From positions 309,752,001 through 309,816,000 of the forward strand of contig OZ024740.1 in NCBI GenBank assembly GCA_964016885.1: a DNA stretch of 64,000 nucleotides. The letters run 5' to 3'. Each line of letters begins with the position of its first letter. The stretch's first letter is position 1. The notes beneath the pieces are model-generated. The model ran no database searches, was not told where the DNA came from, and was given only the letters and a program-made list of their open reading frames with translations. The stretch is from Eledone cirrhosa. Taxonomy: Eukaryota. This document shows, in pieces, positions 12,879 through 26,500 of the stretch. Position numbers and translations under genes: made by a program.

Positions 12879-13068
12879 GGGCGGTGGATTGGCATCATAG
12901 AGTTACGGTCCGTTACGGTCTGAGTTCAAATCCCACCGATGTTAACTTTGCCTTTCATCCTTTCGGGGTCGATAAAATAAAGTACCAGTAACGCATTGGA
13001 GTCGATTTAATCTACTTTCCCCTCCCCCCAAAATACTGGCCTTGTGCCTATACTAGAAATCATTATTT
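12879..13068 (+). mobile_element. tRNA-derived SINE (long-tail variant, internal deletion in the head)
   Basis: Family consensus including the GTCGATTTAATC...CCCCTCCCCCAAAA tail; the head lacks about 30 nt. Confidence 0.85.
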
Positions 13069-13069
13069 C

Positions 13070-13249
13070 TGGATTGGCAGTATCGGTAGAGGGTCGGACG
13101 CCATGCTTTGCAGCACACTTACGTCCCTTTACGGACTGAGTTCAAATCCCGCCGAGATTAACTTTGCCTTTCATCCTTACGGGGTCGATAAAATAAAGTA
13201 CCAGTAATACACTGAGATAATTGCTGGCCTTGTGCCCAAAGTAGAAACA
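13070..13249 (+). mobile_element. tRNA-derived SINE (short-tail variant), in tandem with the previous copy
   Basis: Family consensus; ATTATTTGAAAT flanks the pair (12866-12877 and 13250-13261). Confidence 0.9.
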
Positions 13250-15188
13250 ATTATTTGAAATGTTTATGATTTTTTTTAATTTTTAATAAAAGCAAGATTG
13301 GCAGAAAAAACAAGAATCACTCATAGAATTAGAAATATTTATTAGTAACATTGTCAAGAGATCCAAGGAGAACCTTGTAGAAAGCCGGAGACAGCCTTTC
13401 TACGCCTCTGTGTTGTTCGTGCTGGAGTAAGAAATTTCTTAACATATTGGGATTAATGAATATTTCCAAGGTAACATTCTAGTTTTTTCCTCCTCTTCTC
13501 CACACAGCACCACTTCAATCTTTCTGATTTTGTTGTCTTAATATTTAGAACGCCATTTGCATTGTTGCCGCTTCCAAAACAACCAGTTTTTATATATGAT
13601 TATATATGTGTATGTGTATATACTTACAAACAAGCCTTTGTTGGTACGCATAACCTATTTTGTGTTCCAAGTAAATGTTCAAATATGTTTATTGTGCAGT
13701 GTATATGAATAAAAACATTACGATTGTTTCTTTCACGTATTTATTGTAGTAATTCATTGTAAATAAACAGGAATTCATCACATTGATTGTATATATGTAC
13801 TCAACACAGAATAAAGAGCATAGATTAATGTGTATATTAAAATATCCGTTGCTATTATTACATTGTATGTTTTGTTAACGTTGATAGTTGATATCTATTA
13901 ACAAACCTTTTAGTATCGTTAGCATTAACATACACATATTTCACACTAGGGAAAATTTAGAACAATTGCAACAGTAGTCACTGGGAACTCTATGAAATCT
14001 GAAACGCTTCATTTCTCATTCCACAAATATAAATATCTCTGCTGTCCTGAAAGTTTCAAATATCAGAAAGAATGGTTTTATGATATTTTCAATAAGGTCA
14101 TATAACATATGAAAACCCCAATATATGTAACGAGTATGCAAGAATAATATTCTTAGGTTATAGTAAAAAGGATAAAAAGCTAAATTTCTTCTTTACTTGA
14201 ATATATTTTTGTAGCGAAATCAATAAAAATACTACTGAGCGGTGAAAATAATGAGTTATATTGCCATCCTCGTAAATATAATATTAAATGATAACCCAGG
14301 TTTATGGGAGCGAAGATGCAGGATAAAAGACATAAAGTAATTTGGTGATATTGATATGAAGCAAGTGTTATATACTACGGAGACGATATGGTAATAAAAT
14401 GAAATTTCGTGTTAGATATCCGCCGGCTTAAAATCAGTGTGCGTATGTAAAAATATATTACTCCAAACGTTGATATATCTAAACATATATTAATTAGATC
14501 TAAGATATTATTTCAAAATTCTGGTAATAAAAATATTCATTATAACTGAATCCATAAATACATATATGAAATAAATCCCCACACTCGTCCACATACAAAT
14601 TCTATCAATTCTTTCTTCTGTCATTCTTTCCCACTCATCTCGTTACTTTTTTCTCTGTATGGTGAATGATTATGAAACAGATGCAATGATATAAGCTCAT
14701 ATGTAAATCTATTCATATTACCTATGAAATAAATATACTCCGATGATTAAGATTGTATTGAAACTCATTTAAGTCGTAAACAGATTCGATGGACTCCGTA
14801 CTATAGCTACTCGTATATTCTTGTCACAATAGATACCATGCATATTAATAAATATCCAGAATACTCCCATAAAACAGAAGTTAGATAAAAAGCTATTTAT
14901 ATATCAAACATGCTTTTCCGTTAGTTGTTTACAAATTAACAATCGTTTGTTTTGTCTTCAAATCTCAGATGGTGAGTATCTCACGAAATTTTCGAATCTT
15001 CTTTTCAGCCTCCATAACGAACGTCAGGCATGTTTATCAGACATAAATGCATGACAATATACACAATGTATTCCCCAACTACTTGTTTTATCCGTCGCTC
15101 ACCTTCCTACTCCCACCTAACATAAATGGAGGGGATGACGAATGCTTCTATTAGTCTCCTTAATAAGTCATTCATGAAAAGGTAGACA

Positions 15189-15372
15189 TTTGGCAGTATC
15201 GGTAGAGCGTCAGACAACATGCTTTGCAGCATAGAGTCATGGCCCTTTAAGTTCTGAGTTCAAATCCCGCCGAGGTTACCTTTGCCTTTCATCTCTACGG
15301 GGTCGATAAAATAAAGTACCAGTAATGCACTAGGGTAATTGCTGACCTTGTGCCAGAAGTAGGAAGAATTAT
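15189..15372 (+). mobile_element. tRNA-derived SINE (short-tail variant)
   Basis: Matches the family consensus over its full length. Confidence 0.88.
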
Positions 15373-15929
15373 ATTTGGAGCCCCGGATAGGGGCTGCATA
15401 AACATTACCACGCTACGTATGTACCATAGGCAAATTAGTTCATGACAAACTGTGGTTTTGTGCGTTTCTATGAATGTTATAAGAGTTTTACTAATGTTTT
15501 CTGTTAATGCCTAATACCAAAATAAAAGGTTCACGAAAGGGACTGTTTAAAATTTAAATATAATACAAATAGTCTGATTAAAAAAACAGTGGGAACATTT
15601 GAAATATGAAATGTATGCGTTCAAAAACATGGATATAACAACAGTTGATCATGATCACTATAAACGAATCACGCATCTCTCGCATGCTGCATGAGTATAA
15701 TAACTATTACATTAAACATCTGTTTGTCAATCATTCCGTCTTTGTTTTCAAGAAGTGTTAGTAAAGTTGAAATTGAAATGTCTGCACCTCTTTCCCCTTT
15801 TCCGTCTTCAGATGTACTTTGCCCATTTTCACACATTTTACCCATATTGTTTTGCTGATTATTATTTACACTTGAGTTGAGACGCGCACATTGCAAATAT
15901 AAAATAAATTATGTTTTTATAATTTGTAG

Positions 15930-16150
15930 AGAGGTGGATTGGCAGCATCAGTAGAATGTTGGACAATATGCTTGGTGGCATATAGTTACGGCGCTTTACG
16001 ATCTGAGTTCAAATCCAGCCGAGGTTAGCTTTGCCTTTCATCCTTACGGGGTCGATAGAATAAAGCAACAGTAATGCACTGGGCTCGATTTAATCGACCT
16101 CCCCCTCCCTCCAAATTGTTAACCTTTTGCCTAAATCAGCAACCATAATT
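15930..16150 (+). mobile_element. tRNA-derived SINE (long-tail variant, older)
   Basis: Family consensus with more substitutions; includes the TCGATTTAATCGAC tail segment. Confidence 0.85.
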
Positions 16151-16237
16151 ATGAGCATTTGTCTATCATTTTGTTGTTTGTTCATAGAAAGTACATATTA
16201 TCAAGTTGTACTACAGTTAAGTAAACGCACAGTAGTA

Positions 16238-16556
16238 CAGGGTGGTCCGAAAGTCTTGTCACCCCTTGTCACATATTGTTTTAAGTTTCATTATTTTTTG
16301 TTTTAATAATATAATATATAATATCATTAATTATAATATATAATGATAATAATATAATTTTCTATTTCAGAAGAGAGGCTGCTTGCAAGTGTATGGACAC
16401 AGGGTCGTGTGCATTCTGGCAAGAGCATGGAGGATGTGCGACATCACTTCACTGCAAGATTCGGCAAAACCAACTCCTCCGAATAGGACGATACTGCGAA
16501 GGGAACATAAACTGTTTTTCATTACTTTTTGGTAGGGGGTGACAAGACTTTCGGAC
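16238..16556 (+). mobile_element. Internally deleted Tc1/mariner DNA transposon (MITE-sized)
   Basis: TA then CAGGGTGGTCCGAAAGTCTTGTCACCCC; perfect 21-bp inverted repeat 16245-16265 / 16536-16556; internal relic EERLLASVW...SMEDVRHHFTARFGK..PPNRTIL resembles a Tc1-family N-terminal HTH. The outer end of the right TIR is missing. Confidence 0.8.
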
Positions 16557-17713
16557 TTTATTTCCTTACGAGGAGCAAATAATATATAATTTTATTCCTG
16601 ACTGGTACTTGCCTAGCAAGTGACTTTATCTAAGATAGTGTGTTGAGACTAAAAAAAAGTACTGCGTGGATCTGTCATTTCAGTAATTTACAAAACATAA
16701 AACTTGCCAAAATTATTTTATAGGTATCATTTATTTTCTGGTGGAACATTCCGTCACTCAACCCCTTGCCTGAAAATGAATGTTAAATATTTGAGAAAGT
16801 TAAAACATTTTATGTGTTTTGAAGTGAATAAAATGGTTATAAATCCAATTTTATTCTTCTACATAACATATAAAGTTTCTTTATAAAATGTAATTATTTA
16901 AATTGCTAGAAGTAAACTACTGCGTGAGTTTTATTTATAATATATGTTCATGCATCACATACCAAATATTTAGTAAAAGGAATATATATCATACATCTAA
17001 AATATTAGTCGAAGATAAAATTCAGTGATAAACTTATGTCACATCTCTATTTTAAAATGCGCATAAAAATCCTACAGATGATTTATCATTATAGACATAA
17101 AAAGAGTCGTACCTCATGCATGGAAATTCATTAACGTGGACCAAAGCTCGGATCTCAGTGACGTGAGTGACTACGGCTCCAAGACTTCCATGTACAAAAA
17201 ACGTCATTTACAGCTGCTGCTACATGATATTTGAACTATCTACAATGTAGCAACTTGAAATGGAGTATATTTCTCCAGGGCACAATGCATCGCTCCGTCC
17301 CAGTATCAAATCCAATTACGAGGTCAACATCGTAATCACTAAATAACACGACTGAACATCAATATGCAATAATAGTTTATTTATTATAACCCGCAAGTAA
17401 TACATGTCACATTGATTCGTTATAAAAACATCCTCCGAACTTTGATATAATTCGTAAATAATTTTCCTTTAAATATATTATTATTATTATTATTATTATT
17501 GAATGCCATGGTTGACGGGGGCTCGGCTCTGTAAGGTATTGTAAATTTTGACCGCTATAACAATTGTAAATTGTTTAAAACTTTAACCAATTTGTAGAAA
17601 AAAACACCCTCCTACTCGTGAGAGGGGTCTTTCTGCCCGTTATTTAGCCCTTCGGGGTTAAATAACCGCTTATTGGGGTTTTGTGCCCAATATTTATTTT
17701 AAACAAAAAAAGC

Positions 17714-19841
17714 ATGGCTACGAAAAAGAATTTTCATAGGTCACTCCCACTCATTCCGTCTTCTTCTTCCTCAATCGTCACTACAGCAGAGAGAAGATTG
17801 TCTCTCTCCCTCCCTTCTCTAAATGTGTCTCTCTCCCTCCCTTCTCTTTCGCAAGCGACGCCAGAAAAGAAAAATCACGTGCAAAGCGTGCAAGATTTCT
17901 CCACGACGACGACGACAACGACGAAAAAGGTGTGTGGGAAATACGAAAACCCATTTCATTCGTCTGACGTCAGGAATAATAGCAGCAGCAGCCGTAATAA
18001 CAGCAGCAGCAGCAACAGTGACGAGGAAAACAACAGTAACAGCCGCAAGAGCATCAGCAGCAGCAGCAGCAGCAGCATAAACAACAACAGCATTAGCAGC
18101 AACAACAGCAGCAGCAGCAACAACATCAACAACCACAGCAACAGCGGCGGCGGCAGTAGTCGTAGTACCTGCAGCAACAACAAAAGTAACAGCAGCTCTG
18201 ACGACAACAACAACAACAGCAGCAAAGAAAAACCAATCTCGTTTGCAGGTATCGCAAAGCACCTGGAAACCATCCTCATAACAAATGAGGAATTAGAGGA
18301 AGCGAAGAAGATGGTGACAAAAACAGGACACCGAGCAATCTGCAAGACAGCCGAACATTTTTTAGAAACCCAACAGCACTGTACGATCACGTACCGTACA
18401 GTAAGCACAAAATCCCGTAGGGTTGAAAGAGCCACAGAGGCTCAAATACAAAAAGCCTTAGGGTCTGTGTGGCAGCGGAAAACGCACATCACCCGAGGCA
18501 AGAAATATGCCACCGTAGACGTGCTTTTTGCCACACCCCAGGAGGCAAAGGCTCAATCCTTAGTGACCCTAAGGAGCGAGGAAATGGTGTTGGTGCCCTC
18601 CTACTGCGGGAAAAAAATTGTGAGGGTCAAACTGACCCACGTCCCCCCGGGATGGCCCCTTCTTGGCTGGCCGCGTCTGTCCTCGTCGGAATCGAGGACA
18701 AAACAACTGTACTGCAAGTACAGAAAAAAGTAAGAGAAGATTGGGTCGGCACCTCCATTGAGATGTTAATCCAAACCAACCAGGAGTGCATCGAAGCTAT
18801 GCCGTATGTGATAGACTTCGATAACAGCACTCAACTGCCCATAAGTGTTGAGGGCAAACGCCCGAAATGCTTTCGCTGTGGATCGAAGACTCACCTCAGG
18901 GCCTTCTGCAACGAGAAGACCCTGAGAAAGGAGACCCCCCCCCCTCCTTCCGAAACCGGCTCCACGGCTACCAGCAACAGGACAAGCGGCAACCAGGAAC
19001 GATAGGTCCGTGGCACCCATACCCACGTTACGGAAATCAAAAACAGCAGCAGCAGTGGAAGTATTAACAACAACAACAGCAATACCAAATGCAGCTGCAA
19101 CAGAGACTCCAGTGCAAACATCACCAACAACAAGAAGTGAAAGAGTGGAGCGGGTACCCCTCCCCGACCTCACAGAATCAGACATGGAGTGTGAGGTGGG
19201 AGAGGGATGGCAAAAGGTCGTAAGAAGGCACAAACGCAAAAGCAGCGCATCGTCGCCTTCGAAAAGGGAGGAAAGAAATGAAAAAAGGGTAAAGGCTACT
19301 GCAAAGAGACTCAGCAGCAACACCACCAACACCATCACCACCCACACTAGCACCACAATCACCACCGGCGACAACCCCACCGCCAACAACAACAACACCT
19401 TCAACACCACCACCACAAGCACAAACATCGCAAACACAACAACAAAACACACACACCCAGCAACAACGACAAGAAAATAGCAGAACCACACCACACACCT
19501 AGAAAAACAAATGCACGGCAATAAATACAGACAACAATAAACTAATGACTAACATAATTGAACCCACATACATTTCACAACACGACTACATAATACCAGC
19601 ACCAATCAAAACGCCAACTAACATAAGACTGCTAAAAATAGCACAGAAACAATACACAAACATTAAAACGAAATTCCCCAACACAGTTGGTGATTTCAGA
19701 GACCTAGGAGGGACTCTCAACCGAAGAGTATATTCGGACATACTCATAGAAGAGCCGACGACCAGCCGAAGGGACGATTCAACGGACGATCAAGTGAAAA
19801 GGGATGGAAAAACCATCCTTCCTCTACGAAAAGTACGGTAA
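17714..19841 (+). pseudogene. Tx1-like ORF1 (gag-like nucleic-acid-binding protein), frameshifted
   Basis: Consecutive ORF pieces 17714-18733, 18469-19005, 19010-19480 and 19545-19841; zinc knuckle CFRCGSKTHLRAFC (CX2CX4HX4C); GWQKVVRR motif; Ser/Asn- and Thr-rich low-complexity tracts. Confidence 0.8.
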
Positions 19842-19876
19842 GTGGTCTTTCCCATCTTTTCCACTCTATTTTAAAC

Positions 19877-22800
19877 ATGACCTCACTCAGAATAGGCAGC
19901 ATAAATGCGCGTGGCTTGGGGTCGTCATGGAAGCAGGGTCACCTGCTCAACGACCTCAGGTCACTAAACATAGATGTAGTGGCCATCAGCGAGACCAGAA
20001 TCTCCGAAGCACGGGCCTTCGTACCGATCTTCGGCGGCTACGATGTGTACGCATCTCCTAGCCGTCCTGGATCGGGGGAAGCAGTTGCTGTACTTTTTCG
20101 GAGAGGTTTGGATCTCGCACTACGGGCCATCTTCCTGGACCCAGAGGGTAAGTTGGTGGTGCTGGACGTGACCAGCGGAGACGGGCAAGCTTTCAGGTTA
20201 GTGGCCGTCTATGCCCCGACAGGAGCAGGGCGGCCTGATTTCTTCCGGCGTCTTGAGACCTTTCTTGGAACGTCACGCTCTTTAGTGTTAGTGGGCGACT
20301 GGAACGGGATCTTAGATGCACGCTGGGACTGTGTGGGATTAGCGGATATGGGTGGAGGGTGCGAGAGCCTCACCAACCTACTCAGGCGTTTTGAACTGTC
20401 TGACAGGTACCGATTGGATTCCCCGAATGTGCCAATGTGGACTTGGACAAACCGCATAGGGTCATCCAGATCATATCTAGATAGAGTATTTTGTAGGGAA
20501 ATAGATAGGTCTAGCATAGGCTGTCCACAATTCAAGATAGTCAGCTACACGGACCACAAATTCGTGATCTGTGTGCTTGACTTAGATAGGCTTCATAGAC
20601 GAGGACCCGGCTACTGGAAGCTAAACGCGTCCTTACTAGCGCGCAAGGCCTACAGAGACCGGATAAGCGAACTAGTTAAGCGGGCGTTGACGGGGGCCAT
20701 CGTCAGCAACAAGTGGTGGCTTGTTCTGAAAAGAGCGATTAGAATAGAATCGATTAGGTTTAGTAAGGGTTTAGCAATAGAGAAAAATAGAGCAGAGGGA
20801 GAACTAGTTAGAAAATTAGACGAGGCGCTTAGCAAAGGCATTGCGACCGACTTGCTTGCGGCGAAATTGGCCCTTGACCAATTCTTCAATGCAAAGCACG
20901 AAGGCTGCGTTGTCAGAGCTAGGGTGCGTGCTCTCAGACACGAGGGGACGAAAGCCGTTCAATGGGCCCGAGTGGCGTAGGCGCGTCGTGGCAACAAAGT
21001 CACGATCCGGTCTTTGGTGGATAACCACGGGCGCATGCTACTCGATCCCGGGCAAATGTGTGAAGCTTTTCAGCGACACTTCGCTCAGCTGTTCGGGGGC
21101 AGCGGTGGGCCGGGTCGAAGGATGGACTTTAGTGTCTACCTCGACGGACTGCCGCGGCTCTCGGCCACTGAGGCGGAGTTTTGCGAAAAGCCGATAACAG
21201 CCGCTGAAGTAAGGGAGGCAATGACTGGCTGCACAAGGGGTAAATCGCCTGGTTTGGATGGTTTGCCCTATGAACTTTACGTACAGATGCCAGACTTGTT
21301 CGGAGGCCTCTTGGCGGACGTCTACTGCAACTGGCAACAGAACGGGAGAATTCCCAGTTCTATGAGCCGAGGAGCGGTGGCACTGCTGAGAAAGGATCCG
21401 AACAAGGGGGATAACATAGATAATTTCAGGCCCATAACTCTGCTAAACACAGAGTTCAAGATTTTGGCCAAGGTGCTAGCAAAGAGATTGGCGCCATTCC
21501 CGACAGATCCATCCACGACAACCTCCACCTCATGAGATACATCGTGGAGAGGAACCTGGCACGGGTGGGTCCTTGATCAATTTAGATCAGTCAAAAGCTT
21601 TCGATAGGGTCGATCATCGTTACCTAGCGGCAGTCCTGAGGGCGGCGGGCTTTGGGCCCGTCTTCAGAGGCTGGATCGCTACCATGCACAGCGACATCTG
21701 CTCTGTGGTGAGAGTGAACGGTCACCTTTCGGAACCGTTCAACATCATGCGCTCGATCCGCCAAGAATATCTCCTCTCGTCCCTCTTGTACGTATTGACT
21801 CTCGAGCCATTACTGCACAAACTGGAGACGTTGAGGGGCGTCCCGCGCGAACTAGGATGCGGAAGATCCGTGTCAGCATATGCGGACGATGTCACCGTAG
21901 TGGTGTCGAACGCCAAAGACACCGAGGCGATCGGCACTACACTAAGAGAATACGAAGCGGTGACAGGAGCAATGATCAACCGGGAAAAGTCAGTGGGCCT
22001 GCAGCTCGGCAACTGGAGAGGCAGGTCCATGCCGTCCAATAGCGTCGTCGGACGCTGGACGGACGGACCCGTTAAATGGCTAGGGTTCTGGTTCGGTCCG
22101 GACCTCCAGACGGAGAAAAACTGGGACGAGGTGACGAGCATGGTGGCTTCTCTCACCCAGAAATGGGCGAAGAGGAAGCTATCCCTGAAAGGTCGAGCGG
22201 AGGTGGCTAACGCGTACATCGCGTCTGTCATCTGCTACCGCCTGACCGTCGTACCTTGTCCTAAGCCCCGCCTGACTGCGCTGGAGCGTTTGCTCTTTCG
22301 CTTTTTGTGGAAGGGACGCGCTCCGATGGTCAGGCGGTCCATCTGCTGTCAACACCCACTACGTGGAGGGCTGGGCATGCAGTGGCTGATGATGCGCAGA
22401 CACGTGCTCAGGCTACGACATCTCCACCTCTTCCTCGACGGTGATCATGTGTGGTCGCCGTTTGCTAGACACGTATTTCCCCAGCTCGTTTCCTTGACGG
22501 AGCTGCAGTCCTGGGTCAAGCGAAGACCGAGAGGGAGCGTCTGGAGACTGGAATGTCTTCTGGCGCTCACAGCCCTCGACCAATCGGGCAATGTGATCGG
22601 TGGAAACTCCACCTCGGCGTTCTATAGAGGATTAGTGGAGGGTAAGAGCGATGACGTACTTGCGGAAACTCTAGGCGTCGACGAAAATCAACCAGCCAAT
22701 CTCCTAGGAAGAACTTTCGGGCCGGGACCTATGGACAATTTCCAGAAATCTCTGGCCTGGCAGTGCTACCGAGGAGCCTTGCCAGTTCGGGATAAACTCT

Positions 22801-23246
22801 AACGGCATGGAGGTGCCGTCAGCCGGGTATGTCCGAGATGCGCGCAGGGCGACGAAACCGTCCTGCACGCACTCGTCCAGTGTCCGAAAATTGCTGACTT
22901 GTGGGTTTATGTCGAACACCTGCTGTCGCGTGTAGGACGGATCCGGCTATCATCTGAGTCCATCGTGAGGATTGCCTCGCCCTTTCTTTTAGCCGGGAAG
23001 GGCAGGCATTTTTTTATCTGTCTGGTGGCCATGGCGAAAGAGATAGTATGGTGGACACGTTTGAAAGGGCTGAAGACTAGCACTTACCTCTTCGGTGATG
23101 CCCTGATTGACTTTTTCAAATTTCATTTCAAAAGGAAAATCAGAGTAGAGAGGGAAGTGCTCTCTTTCCAGCATTTTGTTGAAAGATGGGTGAGAGAAGC
23201 AAGAATGGCCCGAGAGAATGTGCCTACCCTGAGTACGTATCTGTAA
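19877..23246 (+). pseudogene. Tx1-like ORF2 (AP endonuclease, reverse transcriptase, C-terminal zinc motif), disabled
   Basis: APE motifs GSINARG, SET, VYAP, GDWN, YLDR, TDH; RT motifs KSPGLDG, FRPITLLN, DQSKAFDRV, YADD; CPRC..ET..H....C. Stops at 20978 and 22800, and deletions near 21495-21560 relative to the copy at 52620-52760. Confidence 0.92.
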
Positions 23247-23549
23247 ATCAAAGGTGGAAAACTGGGAGAGGGCACTTGCCTTGGTGGTCAGGGTCACTGT
23301 GGCCTTTTACTGGGCTTTCTCCACAAATGTCCCTCCGAAGTCTCCCCCCTATTGGTGAATTTTTCATTGTTATTTTTTTTTGTTACATCCTCTGTTTTTG
23401 TTTTTTTACACGCAGAAATGCCCATTTGTACCGTCCTGTATTGTCCTGCACTGTCCTTAATGTCTACTTTATGTAAACCCTTGTGGTTAATAAAGAAATC
23501 ATTATTATTAGCAGTTTCTATTATTATTATTATTATTATTATTATTAGC

Positions 23550-26500
23550 AGTTATTGTTGTTATTACTCTTTGAGTCTCAGTCATTGATGTTAGTTAACT
23601 GGAAAGTTTGTTGAAATGAATATCAAGCCACGACCTGCAGCCTCAGATATTCAGGACGTATCGGAGGGTTCTTGCTGTTCTCAGGAAGCATGCCTTTTGA
23701 AGCGTTCCAAAAAGCGTGAAGGGGCCAATTTTCTTTAACCATCCCTGGAAACTTTTTGAGATAGTCCCCAGTGCGCCTATGACAATCGTGATCACTTTGA
23801 CTTCATGGCAGTTCCAAATCCTTTTTACCCCACACTTTAAGTCCTGGTATCGGTTAATTTTCTCCCTCTCCTTCTCTTGCACTCTCGTGTCGAATGGGCA
23901 GGCCACATCCACAATCAGGCACGATATTTTTTCTTTGTCCACAACCACCAGGTCAGGTCTATTGTGTACCAGTTTCTTGTCCGTCCGTATCCTAAAATCC
24001 CACAGCACCTTCACCTGATTGTTTTCTATCACCGCCTCTGGCTTATGCTCATACCACTTCTCAGAATGTGGTAAATTGTTTACTTTGCACAGGTGCCAGT
24101 GGATCACCCTGCCAATCACATCATGTCTCCAGCCCTTACAGTGAGTCTAGGCTAGGTGTTTACACTTGGATACAATGTGAGCCACAGTCTCCTCTCTCTC
24201 TCCACAGATCCTGCACAGTGGGCTAGCTTCCTTCTTGTAAATATGGTGTTTCAACCACTTCGCTTTGAGGGCCTGCTCCTGCGCAGCCATTAACATTCCT
24301 TCTGTAGCCTTTTTAAGGTCTCCTCTTTTCAACCAGTTCCATGTCTGTGGATCTCTAAATTCAGTTTTCTCAAAGAAGGTACTATGAAGGGATTTTTCCT
24401 GAAGGCTGCTCTTTCTCCTTGATGTTATTTCCTCCTTGGACATCCCCTGGCCTATTGTCCCCTCCTTCAGTACAGTTCTGAGCATTGGCTCCTTACTATC
24501 AGTCACGTATTTGTGTAGGTTGTTTTTCTCCATCTGAACACATTCCTCTATGCTGATAAGACCTCTTCCACCTTCAGATCTCCTTAAGTAGAGTCTATCG
24601 ACATCACTCCTCTTGTGGAACATGTTGTAGATAGTCAATAGCTTCCTAGTCTTCCTATCCATTTCTTTTTGTTCAGCAACATTCCATCTCAGAATTCCCG
24701 CACTGTACCTAATAATAGACACCTCGGGAATTTACTGCACTTATGGCATTCCTACTGTTCAGATGTGACTTTAATACGCTCCTTACTCTCCGAATGTATT
24801 CAGTTCTTATCAATTCCTTCATTTCTTTGTTCTTGATGTCATCAGCCTCCAGAACGCCCAAATACTTGTATCCTTCTTCAGAGTCAATTTCCTTTACCCT
24901 CTCACCTGTTGGTACCTGGATTCCGTTACTTCTGCTCAACTTACCCCTCCTCATCAAAAGGACTCCAGACTTACTAATACCAAATTGCATACATATATCA
25001 TTGCTGAAAATACGGACAGTGTCAACAAGCACATCCAACTCCTTCTCACTCTTCCCGAAGAGCTTAAGATCGTCCATGAAGAGGAGATGATTGATGGTAA
25101 TCCCTCCCTTTCCCAACCTGTATCCTGCTCTCACTGTTCGCAGTACACTGGTCAGGGGCATCAGGGCAAGGACAAACAACAGAGGGGACAGACTATCTCC
25201 CTGGAAGATACCTCTCTTGATCTTCACGCTCCCAAGGATTCTGCAGTTGATGTTAACTCTGTTTCCCAGGACTTCATACTTTTGCCCAACAACTGTCTGA
25301 TGTTATCTGCCACCTTGAAGATCTCTAGGCTTTTGATGATCCAAGAATGAGGCACCATGTCAAATGCCTTTTTGTAGTCTATCCATCCCATGGCAAGACC
25401 AGTGTGTCTCCTCTTGCAATTCCTCATTACCATCTTATCAATAAGTAGCTGGTCCTTTGTACCACGTGACTTCTTTCGGCATCCTTTCTGTTCGTCCGGC
25501 AACAAGTTGTTTGTGTGGAGGTGATGGTAGATTTCCTCAGACATAATGCTTGTCAACAGTTTCCACATTACGGACAGACATGTGATAGGTCAATAGTTGG
25601 TAACATCATTACCCTTGATTCGGTCTTTCATTATCAGAACTGTGGTACCTTTTGTCAACCACTCTGGTACCTCACCTGACATCAAGCAGTCATTGAACAT
25701 GGTTGTCAGTTTCGGGTGGAGGGATGTTATATTTTTAATCCAATACCCCTGCACACCATCTGGGCCTGGTGATTTCCAGTTGGTTAGTTTTTTGGCCTGC
25801 CCCTTAAGAGTTTCAACTGTGATACTCAAATCAGTTTGTTGGTGTGCCTGTTCACTAATCTCCTTTTGTACTGTCTCAATCCAGACTGCCTGGTCATTAT
25901 GTTTAAGATCCTGCTCCCATATTCCTCTCCAGAATATTTTAGTTTGTTCCGCCCCAGGGATCAAGTCGTTGCCTCTTTCTTTCCCTTCAAGCTGTCCAAA
26001 CAGCATCTTCTGGTTGTTGTCGAACATGCGGTTCTGTCTATACTGGCTGACTCTGTTCTCGTATCGCCTGATTTTTGCACTATTTGCTACAAAGCGTTGC
26101 TTCAGTTCCTCTATGGTAATATTTAGCTTTTTCCTCCTAGTTTTGTACTTTATTTCCAGTCTATTTTTAGTGTCTATGTTTTTTAGTGTCCCATTCAGTA
26201 GGGACTCAAGCTTTCCAATGTCATTTCTCATTTCCCTGATTTGACCACTCAGTCGTTTCTTCCATCAAGGCTCTGCTCTTTCTTGTCTGTTGTTTCCTCT
26301 CGCTTTTATACCAAGTAGTTTCCTTACCGTATTTGCTGTTGCTTTGAGGATATTGTTGCACTGGTGAAGGCTCCTCGCCTCAAGGTATGGGATGACTTTG
26401 TTTACCTTAGCTGTTGTTTCTTTTAACTTTTTCTTGTCTATAAATCTTAGGTTCATAGGTCTCCCACTATCATTGTTCTATTCATCTACCACTAAGTTTA

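Larger units (their letters stand above)
17501..23498 (+). mobile_element. Full-length L1/Tx1-clade LINE, disabled
   Basis: 5' UTR, ORF1 with a CCHC knuckle, ORF2 with APE, RT and C-terminal zinc motif, 3' UTR ending AATAAAGAAA; flanked by (ATT)n on both sides. Confidence 0.92.

Noticed and set aside
14945-14980. Plus-strand CAG-ATG|GTGAGT as a first coding exon (and AAG|GTGAGT near 39400)
   Set aside because: Isolated splice-like signals with no supportable partner exon.
15669-15896. 75-aa minus-strand ORF as an exon
   Set aside because: Non-ATG start, no convincing splice acceptor or donor, and no recognisable motif.
17819-26244. Long antisense ORFs over the Tx1 and Dong elements
   Set aside because: Shadow frames of LINE coding sequence and trinucleotide tracts.
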